From contig CBDFIA010000002.1 of NCBI GenBank assembly GCA_965247935.1, positions 3,139,327-3,203,326 on the forward strand: 64,000 nucleotides of DNA, given 5' to 3'. Under the pieces are notes generated by a model that saw nothing but the letters and a program-made list of their open reading frames with translations, did not search any database and was not told where the DNA came from. The stretch's first letter is position 1; every line of letters starts with the position of its first letter. The position numbers were made by a program, and so were the translations under genes. The stretch is from Tepidiformaceae bacterium. Lineage in GTDB: Bacteria; Chloroflexota; Dehalococcoidia; Tepidiformales; Tepidiformaceae. Below, in pieces: positions 1 through 9,184 of this stretch.

Positions 1-492
1 CGGCCGGATGGGATCGACGTGCGCGTCATCGAGAGTAAAGAGGCGCGTCACGCAGTTGTGAGCGACACCTTCCACGGCCGCGACATCTTCGCTCCGGCGG
101 CCGCCGCCATCGCTCGCAGCGGCAGCCACGAATCGTTGGGCAGGCCACTCCAGGAACTAACGCTCCTGCCGCCTTTCGAAGGTCGCCCCGCCGATGATGG
201 CTGCCTTCTCGGAGCGGTGATCCACGTCGATCGCTACGGGAATCTGGTGACCACCATTCGCGCCGAGCAGCTCCCCGGCGCGTCCCTGGAGCAAAGTCAG
301 GGCTCTTACACGCTCGAGCTGGGGGGGCAGGTCGTCGAGCTCGCGGTCCGTAGCTTCAGCGATGCGCCCATTGGGTCGCTCGCCTCGCACGTCGACTCGA
401 GCGGCTTCCTCGCGATCGCCGTGCGGGAGGGGAGTGCCGTCGAGCGTCTTGGCGCCGTCCGTGGGGACGCTGTGCTGCTTCGGCCGCGATGA
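1..492 (+). CDS. SAM hydrolase / SAM-dependent halogenase family protein (DUF62-type); 3' part only, gene starts left of the window
   Basis: Frame is open from base 1. TFHGRDIFAPAAA and VDRYGNLVT motifs are typical of this family. The stop overlaps the fmt start (ATGA at 489-492). Confidence 0.7.
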   Translation, partial: RPDGIDVRVIESKEARHAVVSDTFHGRDIFAPAAAAIARSGSHESLGRPLQELTLLPPFEGRPADDGCLLGAVIHVDRYGNLVTTIRAEQLPGASLEQSQGSYTLELGGQVVELAVRSFSDAPIGSLASHVDSSGFLAIAVREGSAVERLGAVRGDAVLLRPR

Positions 493-1436
493 ATCCAGCG
501 GCCGTGCCCACGATCTTCATGGGCTCACCTGCGTTCGCCGTGCCCTCGCTGCGGGCGCTCGCCGAGGCGGGATACGACCTGCGCTTGGTCGTGGCCCAGC
601 CCGACCGGCGAGCCGGCCGCGGGAGCCGGGTTCGCGCCCCGGCCGCCAAGATGGAAGCGGAGCGCCGCGGCATCGCCGTCTACCAACCGGAGTCCCTCAG
701 GGCTCCCGAAGCCGTGGCCGCGCTGGCGGCCGCGAAGCCCGATCTGATCGTCGTCGCTGCCTACGGCCGCATCCTCCCGCGCACGGTTCTCGATCTTCCG
801 GCGCGGGGCACCGTCAATGTCCATCCGTCGCTCCTCCCCCGCTGGCGCGGCCCCTCCCCGGTCGCCGCCGCGATTCTCAGCGGCGATGAGGAGACGGGCG
901 TCTCGGTCATGGAGCTCGTGCCCAAGATGGATGCCGGGCCCGTGATCACGGCCCGGCCGTCGCGGGTCCTGCCCACGGACACCACGCGGACCCTCGAGGC
1001 CCGTCTCGCGGAGGCGGGCGCGGCCCTGCTTGTCGAGGCGCTTCCCGGCTGGCTTGCCGGCGAAACCGTCGCGACTCCACAGGATGAGGCACGCGTAACC
1101 ACCTGCTCGCTGCTTACCAAGGCGGACGGCCACCTCAAGGCGGCGATGACCGCCGCCGAAGCGGGGCGTGCCGTACGTGCCTACGATCCCTGGCCCGGCG
1201 CTTACGTCACCTACGCGAATGAGCGGCTGGCGATCTGGCGTGCGCACGCCCAAGCGGCCGCAAACGAGCTGGGGGCGGGTGAGATCTCGCTCACCGACGG
1301 GCGACCGGCCGTCGCCTTTCGTGAGGGCCTGCTGGTGCTCGAGGAGGTCCAGCGGAGCGGCTCCAAGCGGGTCACCGGCGAAGCGTTCGTGAACGGTGAG
1401 CATGGCCGCCTCGCGACGAAGGTGGTCCTCGCGTGA
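489..1436 (+). CDS. fmt: methionyl-tRNA formyltransferase
   Basis: 315 aa. Has the N-terminal GSPxFAVPSL and the HPSLLPRWRG motif of formyltransferases. Typical length. Confidence 0.93.
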   Translation: MNPAAVPTIFMGSPAFAVPSLRALAEAGYDLRLVVAQPDRRAGRGSRVRAPAAKMEAERRGIAVYQPESLRAPEAVAALAAAKPDLIVVAAYGRILPRTVLDLPARGTVNVHPSLLPRWRGPSPVAAAILSGDEETGVSVMELVPKMDAGPVITARPSRVLPTDTTRTLEARLAEAGAALLVEALPGWLAGETVATPQDEARVTTCSLLTKADGHLKAAMTAAEAGRAVRAYDPWPGAYVTYANERLAIWRAHAQAAANELGAGEISLTDGRPAVAFREGLLVLEEVQRSGSKRVTGEAFVNGEHGRLATKVVLA

Positions 1437-2521
1437 CCAGCCTGCTGCGTCTCAGACCCGCTGAGCTCGACGAGGCTCTCGCCGGGCTCGGTGTGCCTCG
1501 CTATCGCGGCGAGCAGATCGCGCGCGCCGTCTACGAGGGTCGTGCGGCTTCGCTGGATGACCTTGCGCAGCTGCCCGCCGGGCTTCGTGCTCGGCTGCGG
1601 GGCGTGGGCTTGGAGCTCGCGGCCCCGGAGGTCCTCAGCGAACTCGTGAGCGACGATCGCGAGACCACGAAGGCGCTCCTCCGACTCGGGGACGGCACCG
1701 CCGTCGAGGCGGTGCTCATGCAGTACGCCCAGACGGGTCGCCACCCCCGCTCGACCGTCTGCGTCTCCACGCAGGCGGGCTGCGCGATGGGCTGCGTCTT
1801 CTGCGCGACCGGCCAGATGGGCTTCGAGCGGAACCTCGCGGCCGAGGATGTCGTCGCCCAGGTGTTGCACTTTCAGCGTCTTCTGCGACCGCGGGGCGAG
1901 CACGTAACGAACGTCGTCTTCATGGGGATGGGCGAGCCTTTGGCCAACTACGCCGAGACCCTGCTTGCCGTTCGCCAGCTCAGCGATCCACGCGCCTTCG
2001 GCCTGGCCCAGCGCGCCATCACGATCTCGACAGTTGGCATTCCCCGCGCGATCGACCGGCTCGCTTCCGAGGAGCTCCAGGTCGGCCTCGCAATCTCCTT
2101 GCACGCGGCGGACGATGCGCTGCGCCAGCGCCTCGTCCCGACGGCGTCAGCGAGCTCGGTCGGCGAATTGCTCGACGCCGCCCGCCGCTACTTCAGCGCG
2201 ACCGGCCGGCGCGTCTCGATCGAGTACGCCCTCATCGGCGGCGTCAACGACACGCGAGTACAGGCCCAGGCTCTCGCGTCTCTCCTGGGTGGCACCGGCA
2301 TGCACGTGAATCTCATCCCCCTCAACCCCACCGCCGGCGCCTTCACCGCGCCCTCGCGCCGCCAGGTGCGCGAGTTCCGGCGCATCCTCACGGAAGGGGG
2401 GGTCAACGCGACGGTTCGGATCGAGAAGGGCGCGGAGATTGCGGCCGCTTGCGGCCAACTCCGCACCGATGCGCTCGGCGCTACGAGCGCGCCCGCTGCG
2501 CCAGCCCCCGCGTCAAGCTGA
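1433..2521 (+). CDS. rlmN: 23S rRNA/tRNA (adenine-C2)-methyltransferase RlmN, radical SAM
   Basis: 362 aa. CAMGCVFCATGQ radical-SAM cluster motif, and a C-terminal AACGQL with the conserved Cys. The GTG start overlaps the fmt stop. Confidence 0.93.
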   Translation: MTSLLRLRPAELDEALAGLGVPRYRGEQIARAVYEGRAASLDDLAQLPAGLRARLRGVGLELAAPEVLSELVSDDRETTKALLRLGDGTAVEAVLMQYAQTGRHPRSTVCVSTQAGCAMGCVFCATGQMGFERNLAAEDVVAQVLHFQRLLRPRGEHVTNVVFMGMGEPLANYAETLLAVRQLSDPRAFGLAQRAITISTVGIPRAIDRLASEELQVGLAISLHAADDALRQRLVPTASASSVGELLDAARRYFSATGRRVSIEYALIGGVNDTRVQAQALASLLGGTGMHVNLIPLNPTAGAFTAPSRRQVREFRRILTEGGVNATVRIEKGAEIAAACGQLRTDALGATSAPAAPAPASS

Positions 2522-2906
2522 GGACGAAGCTGCCGACGGCGAGGCCAAGGCCGGCGGCGAACGCCGTGCGCAGATCGAGCCAGGTGTGGACGTCGCCGCG
2601 GACGACCGGCGCGGCGAGGATGCCGACCCGGGCCCGGTCGCAGGCGGCGGAGCCGGCGATCACGCTGCCGACGTTGCTCTCTCGGACGGTGGCGCGCTGT
2701 GCCCGCAGCACCCCGATCGCGACCCGATCCGCCCGCGCCGTCGTGGCCTCCAGGCGGAGCACCGCCGCTTGCTCGATGGAGGCTTGCCCCGCGCGCACCT
2801 CGCGGACGCCCGCGTGCCTGATCTCTTGGCGATGTTGGGCGTCGCCGGCGCCTTCCTCGTCCGCGTCCACCCCTGCCCCGCGCGTCCCCCCGTTCAAGCC
2901 AGCCAC
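2481..2906 (-). CDS. hypothetical protein with a C-terminal hydrophobic (tail-anchor-like) segment
   Basis: 141-aa ORF in the 450-nt gap between rlmN and queA. Hand-counted third-position GC is about 91%, versus about 81% for the same-phase plus frame. No recognisable family. Confidence 0.35.
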   Translation of the reverse strand: MAGLNGGTRGAGVDADEEGAGDAQHRQEIRHAGVREVRAGQASIEQAAVLRLEATTARADRVAIGVLRAQRATVRESNVGSVIAGSAACDRARVGILAAPVVRGDVHTWLDLRTAFAAGLGLAVGSFVLSLTRGLAQRARS

Positions 2907-2969
2907 ATCGCCTACCTCTCCGAAACCTTAACGCTAGACCCGGACCCGAGAAGGGGCAATGCTCCCCGC

Positions 2970-3986
2970 GTGCGCACCTCGGACTTCGACTACGACCTCC
3001 CGGCCGAGCTGGTTGCGCAGGTGCCTGCGGAGCCACGCGATGCGGCCCGCCTCATGCTGGTCGCCGGCGAGACGGGGGTGCTAAGCCATCATGGCGTGCG
3101 CGATCTCCCTGGTCTCCTCCGTCAAGGTGACCTCTTGGTGCTGAACGACACGCGCGTCATGGCCGCGCGCCTGATCGGCGAGCGCGTCGATACGGGCGGG
3201 CGCGTCGAGCTGCTGTTGCTGCGTGAGCAGGACGATTGCACCTGGTCGGCGCTGATGCGGCCCGCACGCGCGGCCGCGGCCGGGCGCGGCCTCCGCTTTC
3301 TTGCGAACGACGGCGAGCTTGGCGCGTCGGTGGTGCGCCGCCAGGGAGAGGCGGTCGTCGTTCGGTTCGACCGGCCGATCGATCCGTCGACGGTCGGGAC
3401 GCTGCCCCTGCCTCCCTATATCCGCGACTTCCGGGGGGACCCGGACCGCTACCAGACCGTGTTCGCGCGGGACGCGCGTAGCGCGGCCGCGCCCACCGCC
3501 GGCCTGCACTTCACGGCAGAGCTCTTCAAGCGGCTCAGTGAGGCTGGGATCGAGCAAGCCTTCCTCACGCTCGAAGTGGGGCCGGCCACCTTCCGTCCGG
3601 TCCGCAGTGAAGACCCCGCGGAGCACGAGCTCGACCCGGAGCGCTACCGTCTCCCCGCCGCTACCGCCCAGGCGATCGACGCCGCGCGCGCCGATGGCCG
3701 CCGCGTGGTGGCGGTGGGGACGACCGTCGTGCGCGCACTCGAACACGCCTTCGGCGGCTCGAGCGGCGACCAGGCCGAGGGCGCAACCGACCTCTTCATC
3801 CGCCCAGGCTACGAGTTCGGGGTCGTGGACGCGCTGCTCACGAACTTCCATCTCCCGCGTTCGACGTTACTCATGCTCGTGTCCGCGTTCGCTGGTTACG
3901 AGGTGGTGCGGGCCGCCTACGCGCAAGCGATCCGAGAGCGCTATCGGTTCTACAGCTTCGGCGATGCGATGCTGCTCGTTCCCTGA
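2970..3986 (+). CDS. queA: S-adenosylmethionine:tRNA ribosyltransferase-isomerase
   Basis: Inside the 2439..3986 ORF, family similarity begins at VRTSDFDYDLPAELVAQ (GTG at 2970). This gives about 338 aa, the typical QueA length. The C-terminal FYSFGDAMLL motif is present. Confidence 0.9.
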   Translation: MRTSDFDYDLPAELVAQVPAEPRDAARLMLVAGETGVLSHHGVRDLPGLLRQGDLLVLNDTRVMAARLIGERVDTGGRVELLLLREQDDCTWSALMRPARAAAAGRGLRFLANDGELGASVVRRQGEAVVVRFDRPIDPSTVGTLPLPPYIRDFRGDPDRYQTVFARDARSAAAPTAGLHFTAELFKRLSEAGIEQAFLTLEVGPATFRPVRSEDPAEHELDPERYRLPAATAQAIDAARADGRRVVAVGTTVVRALEHAFGGSSGDQAEGATDLFIRPGYEFGVVDALLTNFHLPRSTLLMLVSAFAGYEVVRAAYAQAIRERYRFYSFGDAMLLVP

Positions 3987-4918
3987 TCGTCCTCCGCCAG
4001 CGCCCAGCGGCCTCCCTGCGCGGAGACGAGGCCGTCGCGTGCAAGAGCCGCGAGGTACGCGCTGCAGCCGGCGCGATGCTCGGGTGGTAGGAGCCGCGCG
4101 ATCTCGTCGCTGTGGAGCGCCTCGCCCTCGGCCAGCATCGCCACGATCCGGCCGCGTGCGAAGCGAGCGGTCGTCTCGAACGCGGGAGCGGCTTGAGCGG
4201 AGCCGTCGCCGGCGGTGACCCCGCTCGGCTTGCCGGCCGCGAGCCAGCGGCAGCTCCCTGCAAGGGGGCAGTGCTCGCAGTCGGGGCTCCGCGCCTTGCA
4301 GCGCGGCGCCCCCAGATCCATCAGCGCGAGCTGATGGTCGCGTGCGCCGCGGGTGGGAAGCCAAGCCATCGCTGCCTGCCGCAGCGCGTCGCTCGGCGGC
4401 GAGGTCGCGCGCTCGTCTCCGAGGAGGGCCCGCGTGACCACGCGACTGACGTTGGTATCCAAGGTGGGCGTGCGCCGGCCGCCCGCAAAGCAGGCGACCG
4501 CCGCGGCCGTGTAGGGCCCCACCCCCGGGAGCGTACGCAGCCTCGGTTCGTGCGTGGGGATGCTGCCGAAGCGCGCGCAGGCCTCGCGTGCTGCGCGTTG
4601 GAGATTCATGGCGCGGCGGTTGTACCCCAAACCCGACCACTCGCGAATGACGGCGGCCGCAGGCGCCTGTACGAGGCTCTCGGCGTCCGGCCAACGCTTC
4701 AGCCAGGCTTCGTAGCGAGGCAGAACGCGGTCGACCTGGGTCTGCTGCAGCATCACCTCGGAGACCAGCACCGCGTAAGGGTCGCGCGTACGCCGCCAGG
4801 GCAGCTCATGGCGCCCGTGTTCGCGGTACCAGTGTCGCAGCGCGCGCCGCAGACGCCTGAGCTCCTGCGGCGGGATGGGGCCGGCGTCGCTACTCGTCGT
4901 CCTCGCGCTCCTCGTCAT
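3950..4918 (-). CDS. HhH-GPD family Fe-S DNA glycosylase, MutY-like (A/G-specific adenine glycosylase family)
   Basis: VMLQQTQV, an HhH element (LPGVGPYTAAAV) and a four-Cys cluster (CKARSPDCEHCPLAGSC). The C-terminal ~100 aa does not look NUDIX-like. Confidence 0.8.
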   Translation of the reverse strand: MTRSARTTSSDAGPIPPQELRRLRRALRHWYREHGRHELPWRRTRDPYAVLVSEVMLQQTQVDRVLPRYEAWLKRWPDAESLVQAPAAAVIREWSGLGYNRRAMNLQRAAREACARFGSIPTHEPRLRTLPGVGPYTAAAVACFAGGRRTPTLDTNVSRVVTRALLGDERATSPPSDALRQAAMAWLPTRGARDHQLALMDLGAPRCKARSPDCEHCPLAGSCRWLAAGKPSGVTAGDGSAQAAPAFETTARFARGRIVAMLAEGEALHSDEIARLLPPEHRAGCSAYLAALARDGLVSAQGGRWALAEDDQGTSSIASPKL

Positions 4919-5639
4919 CGTCGTCGCCCCGGGCGCCGCTGGGCACGATTGCGAAATCGCCCCGCCGGCTGTTGCGCCGGCTCTTCGGTGGGACCGCCTC
5001 GAGGGCTTCGATCAAGCTTGCGAGCGCGGTACTCGTCGTACCCCCCGGCACCACCACCCCGCCAGCGCCGGTCTCACGCAGCGCCCCTAAATCGGCGGTC
5101 GTCGCCGCTGGTGTCACCGCAACCAGGAGCGGCGCTCCGCAGAGCGTGGCCACCCGCGTGAGCGAGATGCGGCGCGCGAGCGTCAGGCCCTCAGCGGTTT
5201 CGCGGACGAGCACGGCGTCGAGCTCCAGCGGTGCGAGCGCCCGCAGATCGGTCTCGTCCGCCCCTTCCGTGGCGGCGAGCACGAGCCCGAGGTCTTCGTC
5301 GTCGGCTACTCCCGCGGCCGTGGCCTCGGGCTCGGCGATGACGAAATCGATGCCTGCCTCCTTTAGCGTTTCGACCTCGCCCGCGGCGAAGGACGAGACC
5401 TCGGTGCCGATGAGGCCGTTCAGCGCCTTCGCCGCCTCCGCGGCGGCGGAGGCATCTGCGGCCGCGACGGTGACGAAGTCGACGCCCGCTGCGAGGGCGT
5501 CGGCGGCCTCGCTGGCGGAGGTCGCCAGCACGCCCAGGAGCAGCGCCCGCTCTTTGCTGCGCGCGGCGGCTCCGAATCCCATCGCTCTGCCCGCTTCGCC
5601 CCGCCGCTTGCGTTGGAGCGCTTCGCCCAGCTTGCTCAT
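4890..5639 (-). CDS. hypothetical protein, Ala-rich with an acidic tail
   Basis: 249-aa ORF. ATGA overlap with the upstream amidohydrolase stop suggests an operon. No family recognised. Confidence 0.55.
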   Translation of the reverse strand: MSKLGEALQRKRRGEAGRAMGFGAAARSKERALLLGVLATSASEAADALAAGVDFVTVAAADASAAAEAAKALNGLIGTEVSSFAAGEVETLKEAGIDFVIAEPEATAAGVADDEDLGLVLAATEGADETDLRALAPLELDAVLVRETAEGLTLARRISLTRVATLCGAPLLVAVTPAATTADLGALRETGAGGVVVPGGTTSTALASLIEALEAVPPKSRRNSRRGDFAIVPSGARGDDDDEEREDDE

Positions 5640-6865
5640 GCGGTCCCTCCCGTGTTCGCCGTGCCCGGCGCCCCCACTACATTGCCGCCCCGGATAACGC
5701 CCACGGTCGACTCGGGCCGTTGCAGGCAGCTGATATCGGCGAGGGGATCCTCAGCCAGAATCACGATATCGGCCGCTTGGCCCAGGCGCAGCCTCCCGAC
5801 CTCGTCCCCGAGGCCGAGGAGCTCGGCCGCCCAGGCTGTCGCAGCCAGAAGAGCGGCCGCCGATGAGAGCCCGTGCGCGGCCATACGCACGATTTCCTGG
5901 GCGTTCTCACCGGGCCGGTTCAGGGGCGTGCCCTGGTCGGTGCCCATCGCCAGGCGGACTCCCGCACGCACCGCCGCTTCGTAGCTCGCGATGTGGTCTT
6001 CCAAAACCGCTTGACCCTTCTCGACGGCGTACCGAGGGATCCCGGCATCGCCACCCTGCGCGATGTGGTAAGGCGCGGTCAGCGTTGGCACAAGGTAGGT
6101 GCCCGCCTCGAGCATCATCGCGATCGTCTCCTCGTCGAGCCAGACGCCGTGCTCGATGGAAGTCACGCCGGCCGCAAGGGCGTTCTTGATTCCTTCGGTC
6201 GACTGTGCGTGCGCCGCGACGGTGCGAAAGGCCTTCGTTGCCTCCTCGACCCCTGCCTGCAGCTCGGTTCGCGTGAAGGCGGGCGAGCGGGGGTCCACGC
6301 CGGGGGTGAGCACACCGCCACTCGCGAAGAGCTTGATTGCGGTCGCCCCCGCGCGCAGCTCTTCGCGTACGGTCTTGCGCACGGCGTCTGGGCCGTCTGC
6401 CTCGCGCGCGATGAAGCCGTGGCCGTGCCCGCCCGACATCGTCACGCCCAAGCCCGCCGCGAGGATCCTCGGCCCCGGGAGCTCGCCCGCGGCGATCGCT
6501 GCGGCAAGGTCGATATTGAGCCGGTCCGCGGCGCCAAGGTCCCGAACGGTCGTGATGCCGCGCGTGAGCGTCGTGCGCGCGTTCTCCGCCGCGCGCCAGG
6601 CGCGCCGCGGAAGGGGCGGGCGCTGGCCCGGCGAGAGCTCGGCGGGATCGCCCGCGGACGTGATGTGCACGTGACAGTCGATGAGCCCGGGGATGAGGTA
6701 CCGGCCCTCACAATCGAGCGTCCGGCCGCCCGGTGGTGCCTCGGCCTCCCCGAGAGCGGCGATACGCCCGTCGGCGCAGAGCAGATCGCCCTGAACGAAG
6801 CTGCGCGCATCGCTCTCGAAGAAGGCTGCTCCGCGGAGGAGCAGGGGCTGGGTTCCAGTGGGCAT
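5636..6865 (-). CDS. metal-dependent amidohydrolase family protein
   Basis: PGLIDCHVHI metal-binding motif and amidohydrolase-like layout. Start chosen at MPTGTQPLLL (ATG at 6865) rather than the upstream in-frame ATG at 6937. Confidence 0.8.
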   Translation of the reverse strand: MPTGTQPLLLRGAAFFESDARSFVQGDLLCADGRIAALGEAEAPPGGRTLDCEGRYLIPGLIDCHVHITSAGDPAELSPGQRPPLPRRAWRAAENARTTLTRGITTVRDLGAADRLNIDLAAAIAAGELPGPRILAAGLGVTMSGGHGHGFIAREADGPDAVRKTVREELRAGATAIKLFASGGVLTPGVDPRSPAFTRTELQAGVEEATKAFRTVAAHAQSTEGIKNALAAGVTSIEHGVWLDEETIAMMLEAGTYLVPTLTAPYHIAQGGDAGIPRYAVEKGQAVLEDHIASYEAAVRAGVRLAMGTDQGTPLNRPGENAQEIVRMAAHGLSSAAALLAATAWAAELLGLGDEVGRLRLGQAADIVILAEDPLADISCLQRPESTVGVIRGGNVVGAPGTANTGGTA

Positions 6866-6905
6866 AGTTCTCCCGCGGCCCGCTTTCGCGAACGGCGAGC
6901 CGCAA

Positions 6906-8189
6906 CTAGCCGTTAAGCGCCAACGGTCCCGCCGCATAGTACTCGGCGGCCATCACGCGGAAGTAGCCGCCGTCGTCGTCCGTACTCGTGGCAATCGCCG
7001 TGTTCCCGTTGATCGGCTCGGGGTTCGTCACGCCGTCGCCCGCATAGTCGGCCGGGGATGTCTGCAGAAGCGCTCCGCGTCCGAAGAGAAGCGCGATGAC
7101 CCCGGCGTCCGCGTACGCCGAGAGATGTTTCCGGGACTCCTCCCCGAGCAGCCACTCGACGCGGTTGTCCTGATAGTGCCCGTCGCTGTTGTCGAGGGTG
7201 CGGTAGACGGTGTTTCCGAGGGGGATCTGCCAGAGTACGGCCCGTAGGCCGGTGAGAGCGACGAACCGGGTGAGCAGCGTCACCTGCCGCTCGAAGTCGT
7301 CGGCGTTCCACCACGATGGGCCGCCGACGTAGCCATCCTTGAAGGCGGCATCGCGATCGGCGTATTCGGCGAAGGTGAGATCGAACCGCGCCTTGAGCGA
7401 ATCGTAGAAGCCGGCGGAGCGCGCCGCCACGCGGATCACTTTCGCGAGCGGAGGGTCGCTGTAGACGATGTCCTGGTCGGTAGCCCAGCTGCTGAGGTGA
7501 TACCCGAGAAGCACGTTCGGGGCCGTCTCGTCGCGAAGCCGCACGATTGCCTGGGCGAAGCCCGCAAAGGTGTCGGGCAGGTCCGCGAGGCCGGGGAGGC
7601 CGGTTGCCGCGACGGCCGTGGGAAGCGCGCCGCCGTCGTCCCCCGGCGAGAGCTGCTGCGCATAGCCCCAGAGGTCGGGTTCGACGTGCAGGACGATGGT
7701 CATGTCAGGGTATTCGCCCGCCTGCTGAAAGAACGCGGCGAGGTCTTCGTAGTAGGCGTGCAGCAAGGCGGCGTCCTGGAGCCCGGACTGCAGGCGGTCA
7801 CGCTCGCCCCAGCCCTCGGTGTCAAGCGTCGATTGGAGGAGCATGTAATAGCTGAAGACGGGTCGAGCGCCCACGTCCGCGCTCTCCTCGATGTAGCGTG
7901 CGACGTAGCGGCCATCCTCGTTCCAGCTCTGCCAGCCGGTGTCGCCAACGCCCCCTGCGAGGTACTGGTAGCGGAAGCCGAAGGGCGCGATCTCGTTGGT
8001 GCGCGCGGCGTGGCCATCGGGGCTGGCGATTCCCAGCTCGAGCGTGCGCGGCAGACCAGCGGGGATCGGTGGCAGATCGGCCGTGCCTTCCGGAGCCGAA
8101 CCGCCATCGCTCTGCGAGCAGCCCACGAGCAGGCCCGCCGCGATGAGGCCGCTGGCGGTGAGCGCGGCCCAGCGCCAGGTGCGGCCCAT
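6906..8189 (-). CDS. secreted lipoprotein, possibly glycoside-hydrolase-like; function unknown
   Basis: Start at MGRTWRW (ATG at 8189) is preceded by AAGGA. Signal peptide with lipobox LVGC. 427 aa. The functional guess is weak. Confidence 0.65.
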   Translation of the reverse strand: MGRTWRWAALTASGLIAAGLLVGCSQSDGGSAPEGTADLPPIPAGLPRTLELGIASPDGHAARTNEIAPFGFRYQYLAGGVGDTGWQSWNEDGRYVARYIEESADVGARPVFSYYMLLQSTLDTEGWGERDRLQSGLQDAALLHAYYEDLAAFFQQAGEYPDMTIVLHVEPDLWGYAQQLSPGDDGGALPTAVAATGLPGLADLPDTFAGFAQAIVRLRDETAPNVLLGYHLSSWATDQDIVYSDPPLAKVIRVAARSAGFYDSLKARFDLTFAEYADRDAAFKDGYVGGPSWWNADDFERQVTLLTRFVALTGLRAVLWQIPLGNTVYRTLDNSDGHYQDNRVEWLLGEESRKHLSAYADAGVIALLFGRGALLQTSPADYAGDGVTNPEPINGNTAIATSTDDDGGYFRVMAAEYYAAGPLALNG

Positions 8190-8338
8190 CGATCGTTCCT
8201 TCGGGGCGGGGGGGGTCCATTGGCAGAGATGCTTAGCTTGGGGGGTGAACCCCGGGTGGACCGGCGGTCCGGGCCCGTCGGCAAGGGGTCGAGACCGATC
8301 GGCCCATGTGATAGCTTTACCAGCCCGCGGGATGTGGC

Positions 8339-9184
8339 GTGCCCGAGATTGGCGGGCGCCGCGTACCGCGCTGGTACGCAATGGGCATGCATCGCTCTGC
8401 CCCCCACCCGCTCGACCTTGGCCGCGAGGTCGCATTCGGCCTCCTCGGCGCGCTCGCCTATTTCGGGGTGCGTGGCATCACCGCGGGCAACGTCGCCGTC
8501 GCGCACGAAAACGCCAAGGAGGTTGCTGCCTTCGAAAAGGCGTTCGGGATGGACTGGGAGCTCCAGCTCCAGGAGCTGGTGATCGACAGCGGCTGGATCG
8601 TGACCTTCATGAACTGGGTCTACATCTACGGCCATTGGCCGGTGATCGGCGCCGTCGCGGCCTGGTTGCTCCTGCGCGATCCCGACGCCTACCGGCTCTA
8701 TCGCAACGCGTTCCTCATCTCCGGCGCGATCGGCTTGGTCGTGTTCGCGACGTATCCGCTCGCTCCACCCAGGCTCGCCGACCTCCAGATCATCGATACG
8801 GTGAGCGAGCAATCGCGCTCGTTCCAGTACTTTCAGCCGCCCACGTTCGTGAACCAGTACGCGGCCATGCCGAGCCTCCATGTAGGCTGGAATATCCTGA
8901 TCGGCATCGCCCTCGTGAAGTCCGCGGCGTCCTACCTGCCCTTGAAGGTGTTTGGCTGGGTGATGCCGACGCTCATGGCGATCTCCGTCGTGCTCACGGC
9001 GAACCACTACATCATCGATGCCGTCGTCGGTGCGCTGGTCGCGCTCTTCGGGCTCTGGCTCGCCCATCGCTTCGTCGACTGGCGCAAGGATCCGCCTCGC
9101 TGGTGGCCGGCGCCCGGCTCCGGCCGCGAACGCACTGGTGAGAGCAGCGTGGGCCGGGCGACCGTTCGCCGGCGGGGCCTGTAG
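8339..9184 (+). CDS. PAP2 superfamily membrane protein (phosphoinositol-ceramide-synthase-like PAP2 subgroup)
   Basis: Multiple TM segments. Motifs AAMPSLHVGW and TANHYIIDAVVG are typical of this PAP2 subgroup. Start uncertain (8339 or an internal Met). Confidence 0.75.
   Translation: MPEIGGRRVPRWYAMGMHRSAPHPLDLGREVAFGLLGALAYFGVRGITAGNVAVAHENAKEVAAFEKAFGMDWELQLQELVIDSGWIVTFMNWVYIYGHWPVIGAVAAWLLLRDPDAYRLYRNAFLISGAIGLVVFATYPLAPPRLADLQIIDTVSEQSRSFQYFQPPTFVNQYAAMPSLHVGWNILIGIALVKSAASYLPLKVFGWVMPTLMAISVVLTANHYIIDAVVGALVALFGLWLAHRFVDWRKDPPRWWPAPGSGRERTGESSVGRATVRRRGL

Noticed and set aside
2439-2969. N-terminal 177-codon extension of the queA ORF (the ORF track starts at 2439).
   Set aside because: Family similarity starts only at VRTSDFDYDL (GTG at 2970). 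The extension is not protein-like, has lower GC3 than the opposite-strand ORF, and would overlap rlmN.
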